A stretch of DNA of 62,502 nt, the filler included, from Choristocarpus tenellus KU-1152 (lineage: Eukaryota > Protista > Phaeophyceae): the NCBI GenBank assembly GCA_964200185.2. It is 13 parts of 13 records of this genome, joined end to end, with 100 filler letters (N's around TTAATTAATTAA, not from the genome) between each part and the next. Parts side by side here need not be neighbours in the genome. Positions count along the whole stretch, not along the records: positions 49,559 to 53,945 come from CAXNAD020014789.1; positions 54,046 to 62,502 come from CAXNAD020004688.1; 11 more parts are not named here. One strand, given 5' to 3'. The translations under genes were made by a program, and so were the position numbers. Below the pieces are notes generated by a model. That model saw nothing but the letters and a program-made list of their open reading frames with translations, was not told where the DNA came from and did no database searches. Positions 52,601-62,502 of the stretch are shown here, piece after piece. Within the stretch, counting starts at the first letter, position 1. Every line of letters begins with the position of its first letter.

Positions 52601-53088
52601 CTGGCAAGGAGTTTGATGCATTGTCTTAGGTGAGGTGTATATATATTTGTACATGAAAACACCTTTTTAGGTGCCAACTCCGTCACCAGTGCTTACTGAA
52701 CATATTTTTTTTAAGTGGGCAGTTCTTCGAAGAAGCTGGAGTGTTTCTATTTCTCCATTTTCCTTTACTCATCTGAATCTGTTGTTTGGTAAACTATTCA
52801 CACCTGCTGCTCGGTTCTGGAACGAATATTGGGCTTAGTTTAGTATATACATTTGGGAGTATTTTCCTTTTTTTTTCCTGGTGATGTGATGCACTTGTTT
52901 GTCATTTCTCCCCACTTTTCTTTTTTCTAATCATTGTAACCTTGGTCTTGATCTTGATCTTGATCCTGATCACTTGAACCAAACGAATGGCAGGATTCTT
53001 GAATATGCAAGCTCAGCAGCAGGCCAGGATGGAGCAAGGGGTGGTGGGGAAGGGAGGGAAGGTCAGGGGCACAAGCATGAGTATGTGA
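49630..53088 (+). CDS. CHLH: Magnesium chelatase subunit H family (CobN/ChlH), divergent ChlH2/BchH-type, 3' exons
   Basis: Exons 49630-49817, 50580-50686, 51459-51579 and 52036-52099 splice in frame to give LRIEYRTKLLNPKWAEAMSNQGSGGAYEISQRMTALIGWGGT...WVY..AAETYALD..MAKKLRSANPEAF.NILKRMLEAAGRGLW...YADIEDDIE. A last exon at 52994-53088 is tentative. Confidence 0.92.
50722..50820 (+). repeat. (GTGTCT)n microsatellite in CHLH intron
   Basis: Visible hexamer run. Other microsatellites: (TA)n 16214-16247, (CAT)n 22264-22284, (TG)n 24523-24562. Confidence 0.85.
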
Positions 53089-54669
53089 CAGGAGACTCTA
53101 TTGGTTGCTTGCGTAGGGGTTACTTCTATGAAACCAGTCATCATTGTCTGAAGAGATGTGCATGTATTGCAATGCTGCCTTTGTTACATACACGCACAGG
53201 GGAAGCAGATGATAGAATTGATGTTTCGGATGCCACAGGACAATTGGATAGAGATGGTGTAAACGGATTCCATGGAAGTTGGGGCAGCCTTGGTGTGTGT
53301 GACCACAGCAGTTTATAGAGTTCGGTTGCGCATCTGCAGTGCATGTATGTGTGTGTATGAGGAATGATACGGTGTAGCAGAAGGTAGTGTATCGTTGTTT
53401 TTTTCATATTTGAAGCGTGTTTATTTTATTTGTTGACTTGCTTGAATTGGCTGGAGGAGCAAAAGAGGCTACTGTTGTAGTAGTACCTTGGTAACTTCAC
53501 CGTCAAGTGCTACGATTGAAGTTTTACATGTGCTTATCTTTGATCCACCTTTGATTGTGTCGCTCCTCTGTCTGACGTGTATGAGGCGAACATTGACGCA
53601 TCGTCCACAGGGTTGTAGATCTAATGGGTAAGTAGTGGGTGCCCTCTTCTTGGTTCCATGTCGCATGTTTTTTTGGTGTGTGTGTGTTTTTTGTGTACAT
53701 TTTAGAATAATTTGTAGTCTATGCTTTAGATAATAAGTTTTGCTCATCACAGTGACAACAGTGATTTGGGCACTTCGCTTGGTGTGTGCAGTTACCCCTG
53801 CATCCTTTGTAGATATTGATATTCTACCTACTTGTCGGTTGTAGTTGAAACTTCAGAATACAAAACAGCAAATAAAGGCCGATTTCAAAAATTGAGGATG
53901 GAGCTTTGCATTGAGGATGGGCTTGACCCAAAATTGACTGGAGATNNNNNNNNNNNNNNNNNNNNNNNNNNNNNNNNNNNNNNNNNNNNTTAATTAATTA
54001 ANNNNNNNNNNNNNNNNNNNNNNNNNNNNNNNNNNNNNNNNNNNNCAAAATCACATCAAAATCGCAACATTGGATTTTGGCCCCCAAATGGATGCGGCTC
54101 TACCCTCTGAGATACTTTGGCTCTTGCCATGTTTAACATGCGATGTCCATTATCCACAGTAACTCTCCGAGCCATTTTCTCTATGCTGTCTGTTGTCCAG
54201 CAAATGCTTGAACCCATTCGTCTCTATACCATCTCTTGTCGGAGATGACACTTGTGGTTGTTTGCTGAACTGGTATTCCGTGGAGTGGCCCCGCTTGCTA
54301 CACATTAGTTTTTGTTATATTATTTTGATCTTTCCTAGAAAATGCGGTGAACGAAGCAATTTTTGCAGAAGAAAAGAATGATTGGGAATAAAAAGAAGCT
54401 TATGCGTATGTTTTACTTGCTCATAACACAGCTCACTGACCAAAACCCACAAGCCCATTGGTCTGCAACACCTGTTGTCTGGTAAACTCTCAGCGCCATT
54501 TGCTCTGTAAAACCCGTTGTCCTGGATATAACCATTAGGCCTATTTGCTCTCAAACATTCAGTCTTTGGTAAACACTCGACCCGATTCAGTCTGTGCGTC
54601 TATTGCTCAGGACAATGCTCACAACTGTTTGCCCTGTAACGCCCAGAGTTCGGACAAAACTTTGTTATT

Positions 54670-57600
54670 TCACCGGAAAATTGCATTAAGAGCAGTTAGC
54701 TTGTCGCCAAGGGCGGTCATGCTGGACTTGAGGTCTTTCTCCTTTGCCATTGACTCAGCCAGGTCCACTCGAAGAGATTCCAGCTCCTGTGCGCGGCCCT
54801 GGAGGCGCTGCATAGTGTGATTAAATGAGGAGACAAAGTCAGATTAAATGCAACTGAGGGGGGTGAAATATGTTCTGTGTTAAAATCCGACACCTCTATG
54901 ATAAACAAAAAAGTAACTAACAATAGCACTAGCAATAGCACAAATAATTTATTTTTGAGTGGGGTAGGGGAATGCAACAATAGGAACATCTGCACTGATA
55001 CAATTGCATACACTTTCCCATTGAGCGAATGGGATGCGATTGTGCAATTATTTCCCCCCTTCGATCTGGTATCACGCACACCCTTGCAGGCTGCAAGACA
55101 CCTTAAGCAATTGTGGTCGACACAGGGCAAAGTTAGGGTTAAGGTTAGTGGTAGGGGTGAGGATACATGTAGGACCATTCCTGTTTTTAATAAGCCAGAG
55201 CGTGCTAAAGGACAAGGGCTAAGCTGCAGAACGAACTGCATGGCGCCAAGTGTGGGTGTGAGGTGTACATGAGAGTTTCACTCGGTGTAGAAAAATACGC
55301 TCTTTTGTACTTCAAAGCATTGGATTTTTTTATTGTTGTAGACATCAACAACATTAGTAAAAAAAAAAAACGTGAAGCAGAAATGCTTTCGGATGCACCT
55401 GTCTACTACATTCAAAGAGTGTTAGCCTGGAGTACCTTGGAATATGCCCCAACAGGTGCAGTTGATACCTCAAGGTAGGTGACAGAGGAAAGGGAAGAAA
55501 AGAAAAACGTTTCGCCCCAAGGACTTCAACCCCTTGGTGCTTACCTGCGCCTCTTCCTCCATCGCTTGGAAGGTTGCCTTGTAACACTCAGCTTGTTTCT
55601 CAATGAGCATTCTCACCCTCTGCTGGTCCCGATGAAACCCCACCTGAGCAGTCCGAAGACTGTGCCTTGCTTGGCGGTCTGCAACAGTCCGCTGCTTGTT
55701 TTGCAGCATCCAACACACGACCCCAATCATGCATGTACAGAAAAAAGAAAAGTTATGTAGAATTGGTGAAGAAAAAGGGACCAAGCAACGGCAGGAGAAG
55801 CAGAGTGGAGCAAAAAAAAGAGGAAAAAGTGGTAAGAAAAAGGGGAATCAGATAGAAAAAGAAAAAGAAAATAAGTGGCGGCACCGTTGATCAGGCCACA
55901 GATTCGATGGCGACTATTGACCTTGGAGAGAAAAATGTATGTGGTAAGGATTAGTCAACACTGCTGGAGATGTGGTAGCTTGGTCAGGAGACTCAAAAGC
56001 CCTGTGAGTGGAGATGCAAAGACCCCGTTGTGTCTCCTGCTTGTGTCCAAGTTCGATTTGTGCACACCCTGTGCTGTGTCGAAGTAGGTACATCACAGCA
56101 ACAGATGCCCTCTCTCTATTTTTTTTTGGGACTGAAAAGATTAGAGTTAGTGTGACCAGAGCTCCAAGCTTAAGTTGTCGCTTCTGTTTACAACTACAAC
56201 AGAAGGATGCACTAATGGAGAGTGTCAGCAATATACTGTTGTGCTGGGCTACAAAGATGGGTGGTGGCATGTGGAGTGGGAGGAAACTTCAGGTAGGTTA
56301 CACACCTTGAACAACATTGAGTCAAAGTAAACGAGAGGTACCCAGAATTGCACTTTGGCGATGCTGACAAAACATGTGCAGAATTCGTGCGGTTTTACAA
56401 ATGCGTATAGAATATTTTCTGAATTGTGTCCAAAATTTTTCAAACACTAGAGAAATCAACGCTCTCGAGTCAAACTTAGCATTTCATCCATACAAATAAG
56501 AGTGAATTGTGAAAGATTAAGAATTGGCTTAAAATGCGAAACGGCCAAGGCCTGGGCACATCTCGTTCACTTTGATTCACTACACTCTCAAAACGCCGCG
56601 TCAAAGCTTGGTGATAATACTTATTAAAAAAATACGTATGATTTGGATCGGAGTGTTACGAGCAATGCACATCCCATATTTTTTGGACTGGAGTGTTGCA
56701 GGCACTGTATGTGTGCTTACATCTTCGGTATTATGGACACAACATGGTGTTTAGTGTTATGTTGTCCAACGTGGATAGCGTTTGCCATATCCGAGAAGTT
56801 GTTATACAGCCCAATTTTCTCATTTTCCTCTATCGATTTTTACATTTTTTTTACTGCTGGGCATGAACCAATGGATACTCGCAAACTCTTCCATCTCTTT
56901 AGTTCAACCATTTTGAGAAAATGATTGCACAACCTGGTCAACATTACACTTTCATGGTATTAAGTTGACACTCTAAGCTAAGTTCAACACCTTGTTAAAT
57001 GTAGATGTATGCAACATTTACCATTTATATTTTCAACAGGATTATTACAACAATTGTGCAGTGTTAAGTATGTCTTGGACTGAAGTCTTACAGGCACTAC
57101 ACACAACTTATGTATATCCTTTTGTCTCTGGTGCTACAGGCATAACTAGGATTGAGAGAAATGTTATCCAAGTTGTGATAGGGTGCTCCTCTGCCCCCAC
57201 TCTCACCGCTGAGCGTCCTAGCTCCCTTTCCGCACTTTCAAGGGCCTCAGACAGACGGTTTAGCACCTGTCCCATCTCAACCTCCTCTTGCTGGACCCAC
57301 TGAACAGCCTGTAGAAGCTGTGCCTCAAGCTGTTTCACTTGTGTCCTTTGCTGCGACCTAATGAGAGGTAAGGGAATACCAGTGGGTGCACAGGGTATTA
57401 CTGTTCCTCCCACGAAAGTGCCATGGTGCAGAGGTATGACTTGGTGAAGGGAAATCGATCGTGAACTTGTCAGTAAGTTCGGAATGTTCCATGTATTCTG
57501 CACTCTGAGTTTTGAGGTGATGAAATGATGGAGGGGAAGAATGGGGAAAAAAGTAGTGAAGAGCATAGAATTACGAAAAGTTGTTTTTGTGGAGATACTG

Positions 57601-59931
57601 GTCAGGGTAAAAAAGGAGAAAGGGAGAGAGGGACAAGCACCAACGTGATGGTCTCTTGGTTTTGAAGCTATTCTACTCATGGTTCAATCAGAAGAAAGCA
57701 TTAGGTTCCTTATCACACTGCAAAAACATATACAGTGCATGTAGTACTCCAGATCAGTATTAATTGAGGTTGGCCGTCTCTTAGGATGCATATTCCTTTG
57801 TTCGATCTTAGTAATCAATCTTCTTGAAGGTTTAGAATGCGATCTTGCTCGCCATATTCTCTCAAAATAATGGCTGCAACTGGACTTCAGTAATTTGTGT
57901 ACCTCTGAAAAAATAGGTGGCACTGTTGGAGAGTAGAATTCTTCTAGTCCTTATCTTCCTTAAGGCTCCAAATTTGCAGTGAACAAATTGAATATATGAC
58001 TTCAACTGCATGATGACAAACCCGCAAACAATACCTATTGTTGTGAACTACGACACCTTAATCGAATTCAGTTCAATAAACTGAGAATAATTGAAATCAT
58101 TGCCGAAAAAGTTTGACTATCTCGTAAAATATATACCAAGTATTTTCAGAAGACACTAATAAATATTGACATGCCGCTACCTTTCTGTACTCTGGAGCAC
58201 GTATTAATACTTTCTCTCCTTCAGTTACATCTTGAGAAGGTAATGGTGACCACATACTATAAGCAGTCTTCAATCAACACCTTGGTGACGTTTCTTAATC
58301 CTTCCTAAAATGCAAGATATCAATGAGTAATACTCTGTCTCAGATACTGCAGAAGATCATGCCTCTTCTGAAGAAGAAAGGGTGTAGAGAAGAAGTAGTG
58401 TCAGTTGAAATTTGGTGGCTCCAAAATGGTTCCATTTCACGTGTGCGGGGCTATTGCCACGTGGCGGCACGCACCTCTTAGCGACAGTTCAATCGAGTTA
58501 ATCGAAACTTTTCTTGCCGATTTAATTTTGTCGAAATTTCCTTCAAGTCCCAACTCTCGACAAAACAAAACAAGTACTGAGGAGAATGTACACATAGAGT
58601 ACTCCTAGGATCAGGTGATGAGCTTCATTCACAACGATTTAAGGTGTGATAGAGCTAAATGAAGGCTGAAAATGTAGAGAGAAGTTATGTGGGACATATT
58701 TACGGGGTTGAATATTGTGCTGGTGTAGACGCTTGGAGTTCCTGAAAAGCTACTGTACATTTTTCTATAGGATCCTAGCTGATAAATGTTGAGCCAACAC
58801 AGTTAATTGCCTCCATTTGCTTTCGTTACTTGAGGGATGAAGGAGTTGAAGGGTTTTGGTCCGTGCTTAGGGTACAACCTTCTGCAACAGGTATTGTACC
58901 TCCACTACCGTCTAGTTATCTTCTTGCCTGTGAAGTTTGGCCTCAGTGATATCCACCTTCCTACGCATGTGATCGTAGTCATGTGTGATGGCCTCGATAC
59001 GTGCCAATTCCTTCTCGCGTTCCTTAAGGTATGCACTCTGCTCGGATCGAAGATGTCTGAGAGCGTCCTGAGGAATGGCCATATAGCAGTAAATGTTCGC
59101 ATCAGATCTGGGAGAGAGATGTGATCGCATCACCCCAACATAAAAGTGACAATATCGACAGTTAAGATATTTCAAGCACATCTGCTTTTCCACATGGTAC
59201 TCTTTTGAAACACTTGGTTACCACCGAGGCCTCTTCTCCATCCAGACGCTCACCCGAAGTTGTACCAACTCTGAACTATCTTTGTTCAGCTTCAGCTCCA
59301 CACGATTTACTGCGACACCTAGCTCCTTGAGTCCTTCTTCTAACTCTATCACAAATCCATCAGGTCTGTGACTATTAGTTGAGCTATCTGAAAGTTTCCG
59401 AGGTGTGGTGCTCTGAGTGCGGATCCGTATCTCCTCGACGAGGCTACCAAGCATTGGTTTGATCAGGGCGCCCCCAATCTCTGACGAACCCGGAAATCTG
59501 ACCGCAGACGAGGATGGGATCGACTTAATGCTGCTCTTCAATTCCTGTTCATGAGCCCTTTCTGTGAAAAAAAGACGCCGTCGCTTGCCGCCAACGTGGG
59601 ATTTTCCCAATGACCAATCCTGTATAACCTTCTTCTTAACCGCAGTCTCCTGACCCACATCGTCCCCTCCTTCCTGGGCTGCAGCACAGACATTGAGGAC
59701 CCGCGCGACAGCTCTGGAGGTTATTGGGGGAGTAATAGACTCAAGCGTCAGTCGGGCATCCCTGACTCCATTGATGTAGTATCGAGAAGGACACATGTAG
59801 GGCTTCTTGCCAAGTGAGTGTGACTTCGATAAGGGAGAAGAATCAAGGCCAGCAGCAGAGCTGCTTAGCGCCACCACCAACGCAACAGGACTGAAGACTT
59901 TCAAGGCCATTCTCCAACAAAAACGGGACAT
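54670..59931 (-). CDS. Uncharacterised coiled-coil protein with N-terminal signal-peptide-like segment, 5 exons
   Basis: Exons 59931-59254, 59067-58928, 57357-57207, 55691-55545 and 54807-54670 join in frame to TGA. N-terminus MSRFCWRMALKVFSPVALVVALSSSAAG; C-terminal half is E/Q/R/L/A-rich with heptad character. Intron 2 requires a GC donor. Confidence 0.78.
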
Positions 59932-60139
59932 AGCTCGAATACGACGATTCTTGGTCTCTGGAAAGGTGTATTTACACAGTTGTAGTTGTGAATTCCCTCG
60001 GGACAATCATGTGAAGAATTGAACAATTGGGAATTGAGACGTTTCGGAATGCCTCCCCAGGGTGGGATGAACACTCAACTCTTTAATAAAACAAAAAGCA
60101 ACAAGTCAAAATTGAGTATATATGTATTGAGTGAGTAGA

Positions 60140-61614
60140 ATGGGGTATAATTTTTTCCCAACTACCCAGTCAAAGTCGCTACTCTTCATCGTCCCTCTGG
60201 TTGCATGTCTACCATGGTTCATTGACCACATTTTCCGTCGCCAATACCCTGTGCATGCCTCTGGCTCTGTCCTTATATCCGGGGCCTCGACGGGCATTGG
60301 GAGGCACTTGGCCATATCTCTTGGGGAAGCTGGCTTCAACGTGTTTGCGGGTTAGTGTTCATCTCCCCTCTGTCCACCTCCTTAGGGTTAGATGAACGAA
60401 AAGTGGACATCATATCTAGCCCTTTCGCTGCTTTGTCCAATAATTTGAGGGTTTACTTTTTCTATACGAAGAAACAATTAGCTGTTACATGGACTCCCAC
60501 CATCACGTCTTCCATTTACAGGGGTGAGGACTGATGAGGCTGCGAAAGATCTGAACGAATTCCCAGGCGTTCGAGCCCTTTTCCTCGACATCACCGACCC
60601 TGACAGTATTGCCGCAGCCCACGACACTGTGGTTGCTGCTACTGCAGATGGCGCTCCGCCCATGGTGAAAGTGGTTTCATGGATGAATTTTCTTTGGGAG
60701 AGGCGGAGTAACCTTCTACTTTTTGTATTCCTGCATCATAAGCGACATGGCTTGTACTCTACTTTAGAATCTTTGACTTGTACTACAAGATTCTGTTTCT
60801 ACTGCTTTCGTACCTGTGTGGTGAGGGCTTCTGGTGTTTCCATTGTGCAATTGATGCTTACCCTGATGATATTTCAAGTTAGAAGTGGGGCCGGTTGTCT
60901 CTCCTCTAGCCGTACTCTCACTCCCACTTTTGTACCCTGTCTGGCACGTCCTGTTTAGTTACTACGCATTATCGCGTGTGACGCATTATGAATGCAATAT
61001 CATAACATAACAATGCTTGAGCTGCTTTGGGGACATGCACGATCTGCACAAATTGTAGTCGACCCCTATTAGATAGTGACACCCTTTCCCAATTAGTACC
61101 TGCTAAGCATCAAGTCAGAAATTGCATGCGCCGCCCAACCTGCCATTCTCCAAAGAGGGACATATTCTCTCAGGACTTACATCATCCTTCTGATTTTCAT
61201 ACGTATCAGGTGGGCTTGGTGAACAATGCAGGAATAGCTCAGATAAGCAGGTTGGAGAAGCATTCTATGGATGACATAAGAAAAATGTTTGAGGCAAGCA
61301 AGTGTGGGTTTGCACAGGGTGCTCCCCCTTTCCCACAAATAGTACATTCATGCAGATGTTCCATTGCCACAACTTGCATATTTTCCATTTTGGGAGTGAA
61401 TGGCACTTTGCAACAATAGCGCAATCATAGATCCCCTCTGCCACTTAGTGTGCCATCGACCTACAAGCCTTCCCTATGCCATTGTCTCAAAATCCTTTTG
61501 TGTCTTCTGAAACAGGTCAATGTTTTTGGTCATCTGATGGTGACTCAAATGTTCCTTCCCATCCTCAAAGAGTCCTTTGGCCGAATAGTCTTCACCAGTT
61601 CAATTGCGGGCAGA
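60140..61614 (+). CDS. Classical short-chain dehydrogenase/reductase (retinol/17-beta-HSD-like), first four exons
   Basis: Exons 60140-60350, 60522-60664, 61210-61293 and 61516-61614 give VLISGASTGIG, VFAGVR, LDITD, GLVNNAGI, FEVNVFG, GRIVFTSSIAGR. The YxxxK exon lies outside the window. Confidence 0.92.
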
Positions 61615-62502
61615 GTGAGTGTAGCTGAAACTAAAGGGAGAGGGAGGATTGAATAAAGTTCGGGTTTCAATTGTGTGAGTAGATGGAGCTCTAGGCTCTT
61701 GTCTGCCAACTAACAAGTGCTACAGCATAGATTAACTGGCCTGTTGAGGAGAATAACAATGTCTAATTGAGAGAAGGATCAACAGGAGTGTGTGGGCAGG
61801 GGGTTTTGACACTCCCTGGTACTCTTGTGAGTATTTTGTGTGTGTTATGTTTTTGGGAGGAGAGTGAGACAGATCTGTTATCCTGTCCATGATGCCCCAT
61901 AGTGAAATCTGAACATTCCTGGGATATATTTATTGCATAGCATTATTAAAGTGCCAATGCCAACAAAATGAAACTCTTCCTGACTTCCTTACTCACTTAG
62001 ATACTCACGAATACATTACAAGACCTGCTGGTCTGTTCCGTAGAGTGCTTCCAAAGAGGGTTTGCTATGCTTGAGACTGTTCCGTAGGCTTGAAATTCTG
62101 GGTTGTGTTACAAGGTTCTAAATAATCTAAGACAACATGGGTATTGTGATCCACCCAGTGATTTAGGCAAGGAGGAAAATAGTACCTAAAGAGGGGAGTG
62201 AGGGTTTTATGATTGATTTCCCAGTATCCTTATTTGCTGACCAGTCTCTACTCATACCATCAAAAAAATTAACTGTGATATCATTTTGTCAAGTGCTGCT
62301 ACTCATGCCCCTGGTACTGTACACTGCTGTACGAACAGTGAGTAGCGTCTGTCCAAGGCATCTGCTTGAGATACTTGTATCTGAAGTGGACACTGCTATC
62401 CAGAATGAAACGTTTAGGGCAATAGTCCAAAGGTGCAAAGAATATCTGCATAGTATATTTCTCAATCCCCCCCCCACCCCCCCCCCCCCCCCACCCCCAT
62501 CC

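Larger units (their letters stand above)
4783..54045. other. 12 artificial contig-joining spacers (N44-TTAATTAATTAA-N44)
   Basis: Identical 100-nt blocks at 4783-4882, 7442-7541, 12020-12119, 15330-15429, 19228-19327, 23505-23604, 27363-27462, 33937-34036, 38646-38745, 46252-46351, 49459-49558 and 53946-54045. TTAATTAATTAA gives stops in all six frames. Small 10-N gaps also occur at 4280-4289 and 11696-11705. Confidence 0.97.

Noticed and set aside
4827-54001. Regularly recurring TTAATTAATTAA palindrome
   Set aside because: Always centred in 44+44 Ns; it is a synthetic six-frame-stop linker, not biology.
34124-61614. GCN5, CHLH and SDR as a gene cluster
   Set aside because: They lie on separate contigs joined artificially. 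Only the coiled-coil/SDR pair is truly adjacent.
1-62502. tRNA/rRNA genes or giant-virus (phaeovirus) insert
   Set aside because: No recognisable structural RNA and no intronless gene-dense viral segment was seen by eye; a covariance-model search was not possible.

Overview
This is eukaryotic nuclear DNA, most likely from a brown alga or close ochrophyte relative. That assignment is inferred from a 72-nt LRR exon, a nuclear Mg-chelatase H gene, long introns and TTAGGG-like tracts. The window is not one locus: it is 13 short contigs joined by 12 artificial 100-nt spacers (N44-TTAATTAATTAA-N44), so adjacency across spacers means nothing. Host gene pieces: the 3' end of a GCN5-type histone acetyltransferase (bromodomain), the 3' end of a divergent ChlH/BchH-type Mg-chelatase, one 72-nt LRR exon, a complete 5-exon coiled-coil gene, and an SDR oxidoreductase head-to-head with it. 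Most of the rest is transposon debris: Ty1/copia, probable Ty3/gypsy, mariner, hAT, and an 8-exon Sola-type DDD transposase pseudogene. Two abundant MITE families share one terminal core (G..[C/G/T/A]AAAGTATCT ... AGATACTTT...C) and a subterminal GTCCATTTGG box, and they show both 3-bp and 4-bp target-site duplications. The strongest leads are that MITE system with the intron-rich Sola transposase, and the LRR exon lying between two copies of a duplicated intron block about 2.3 kb apart. No prokaryote-type system (CRISPR, operon) is supported.
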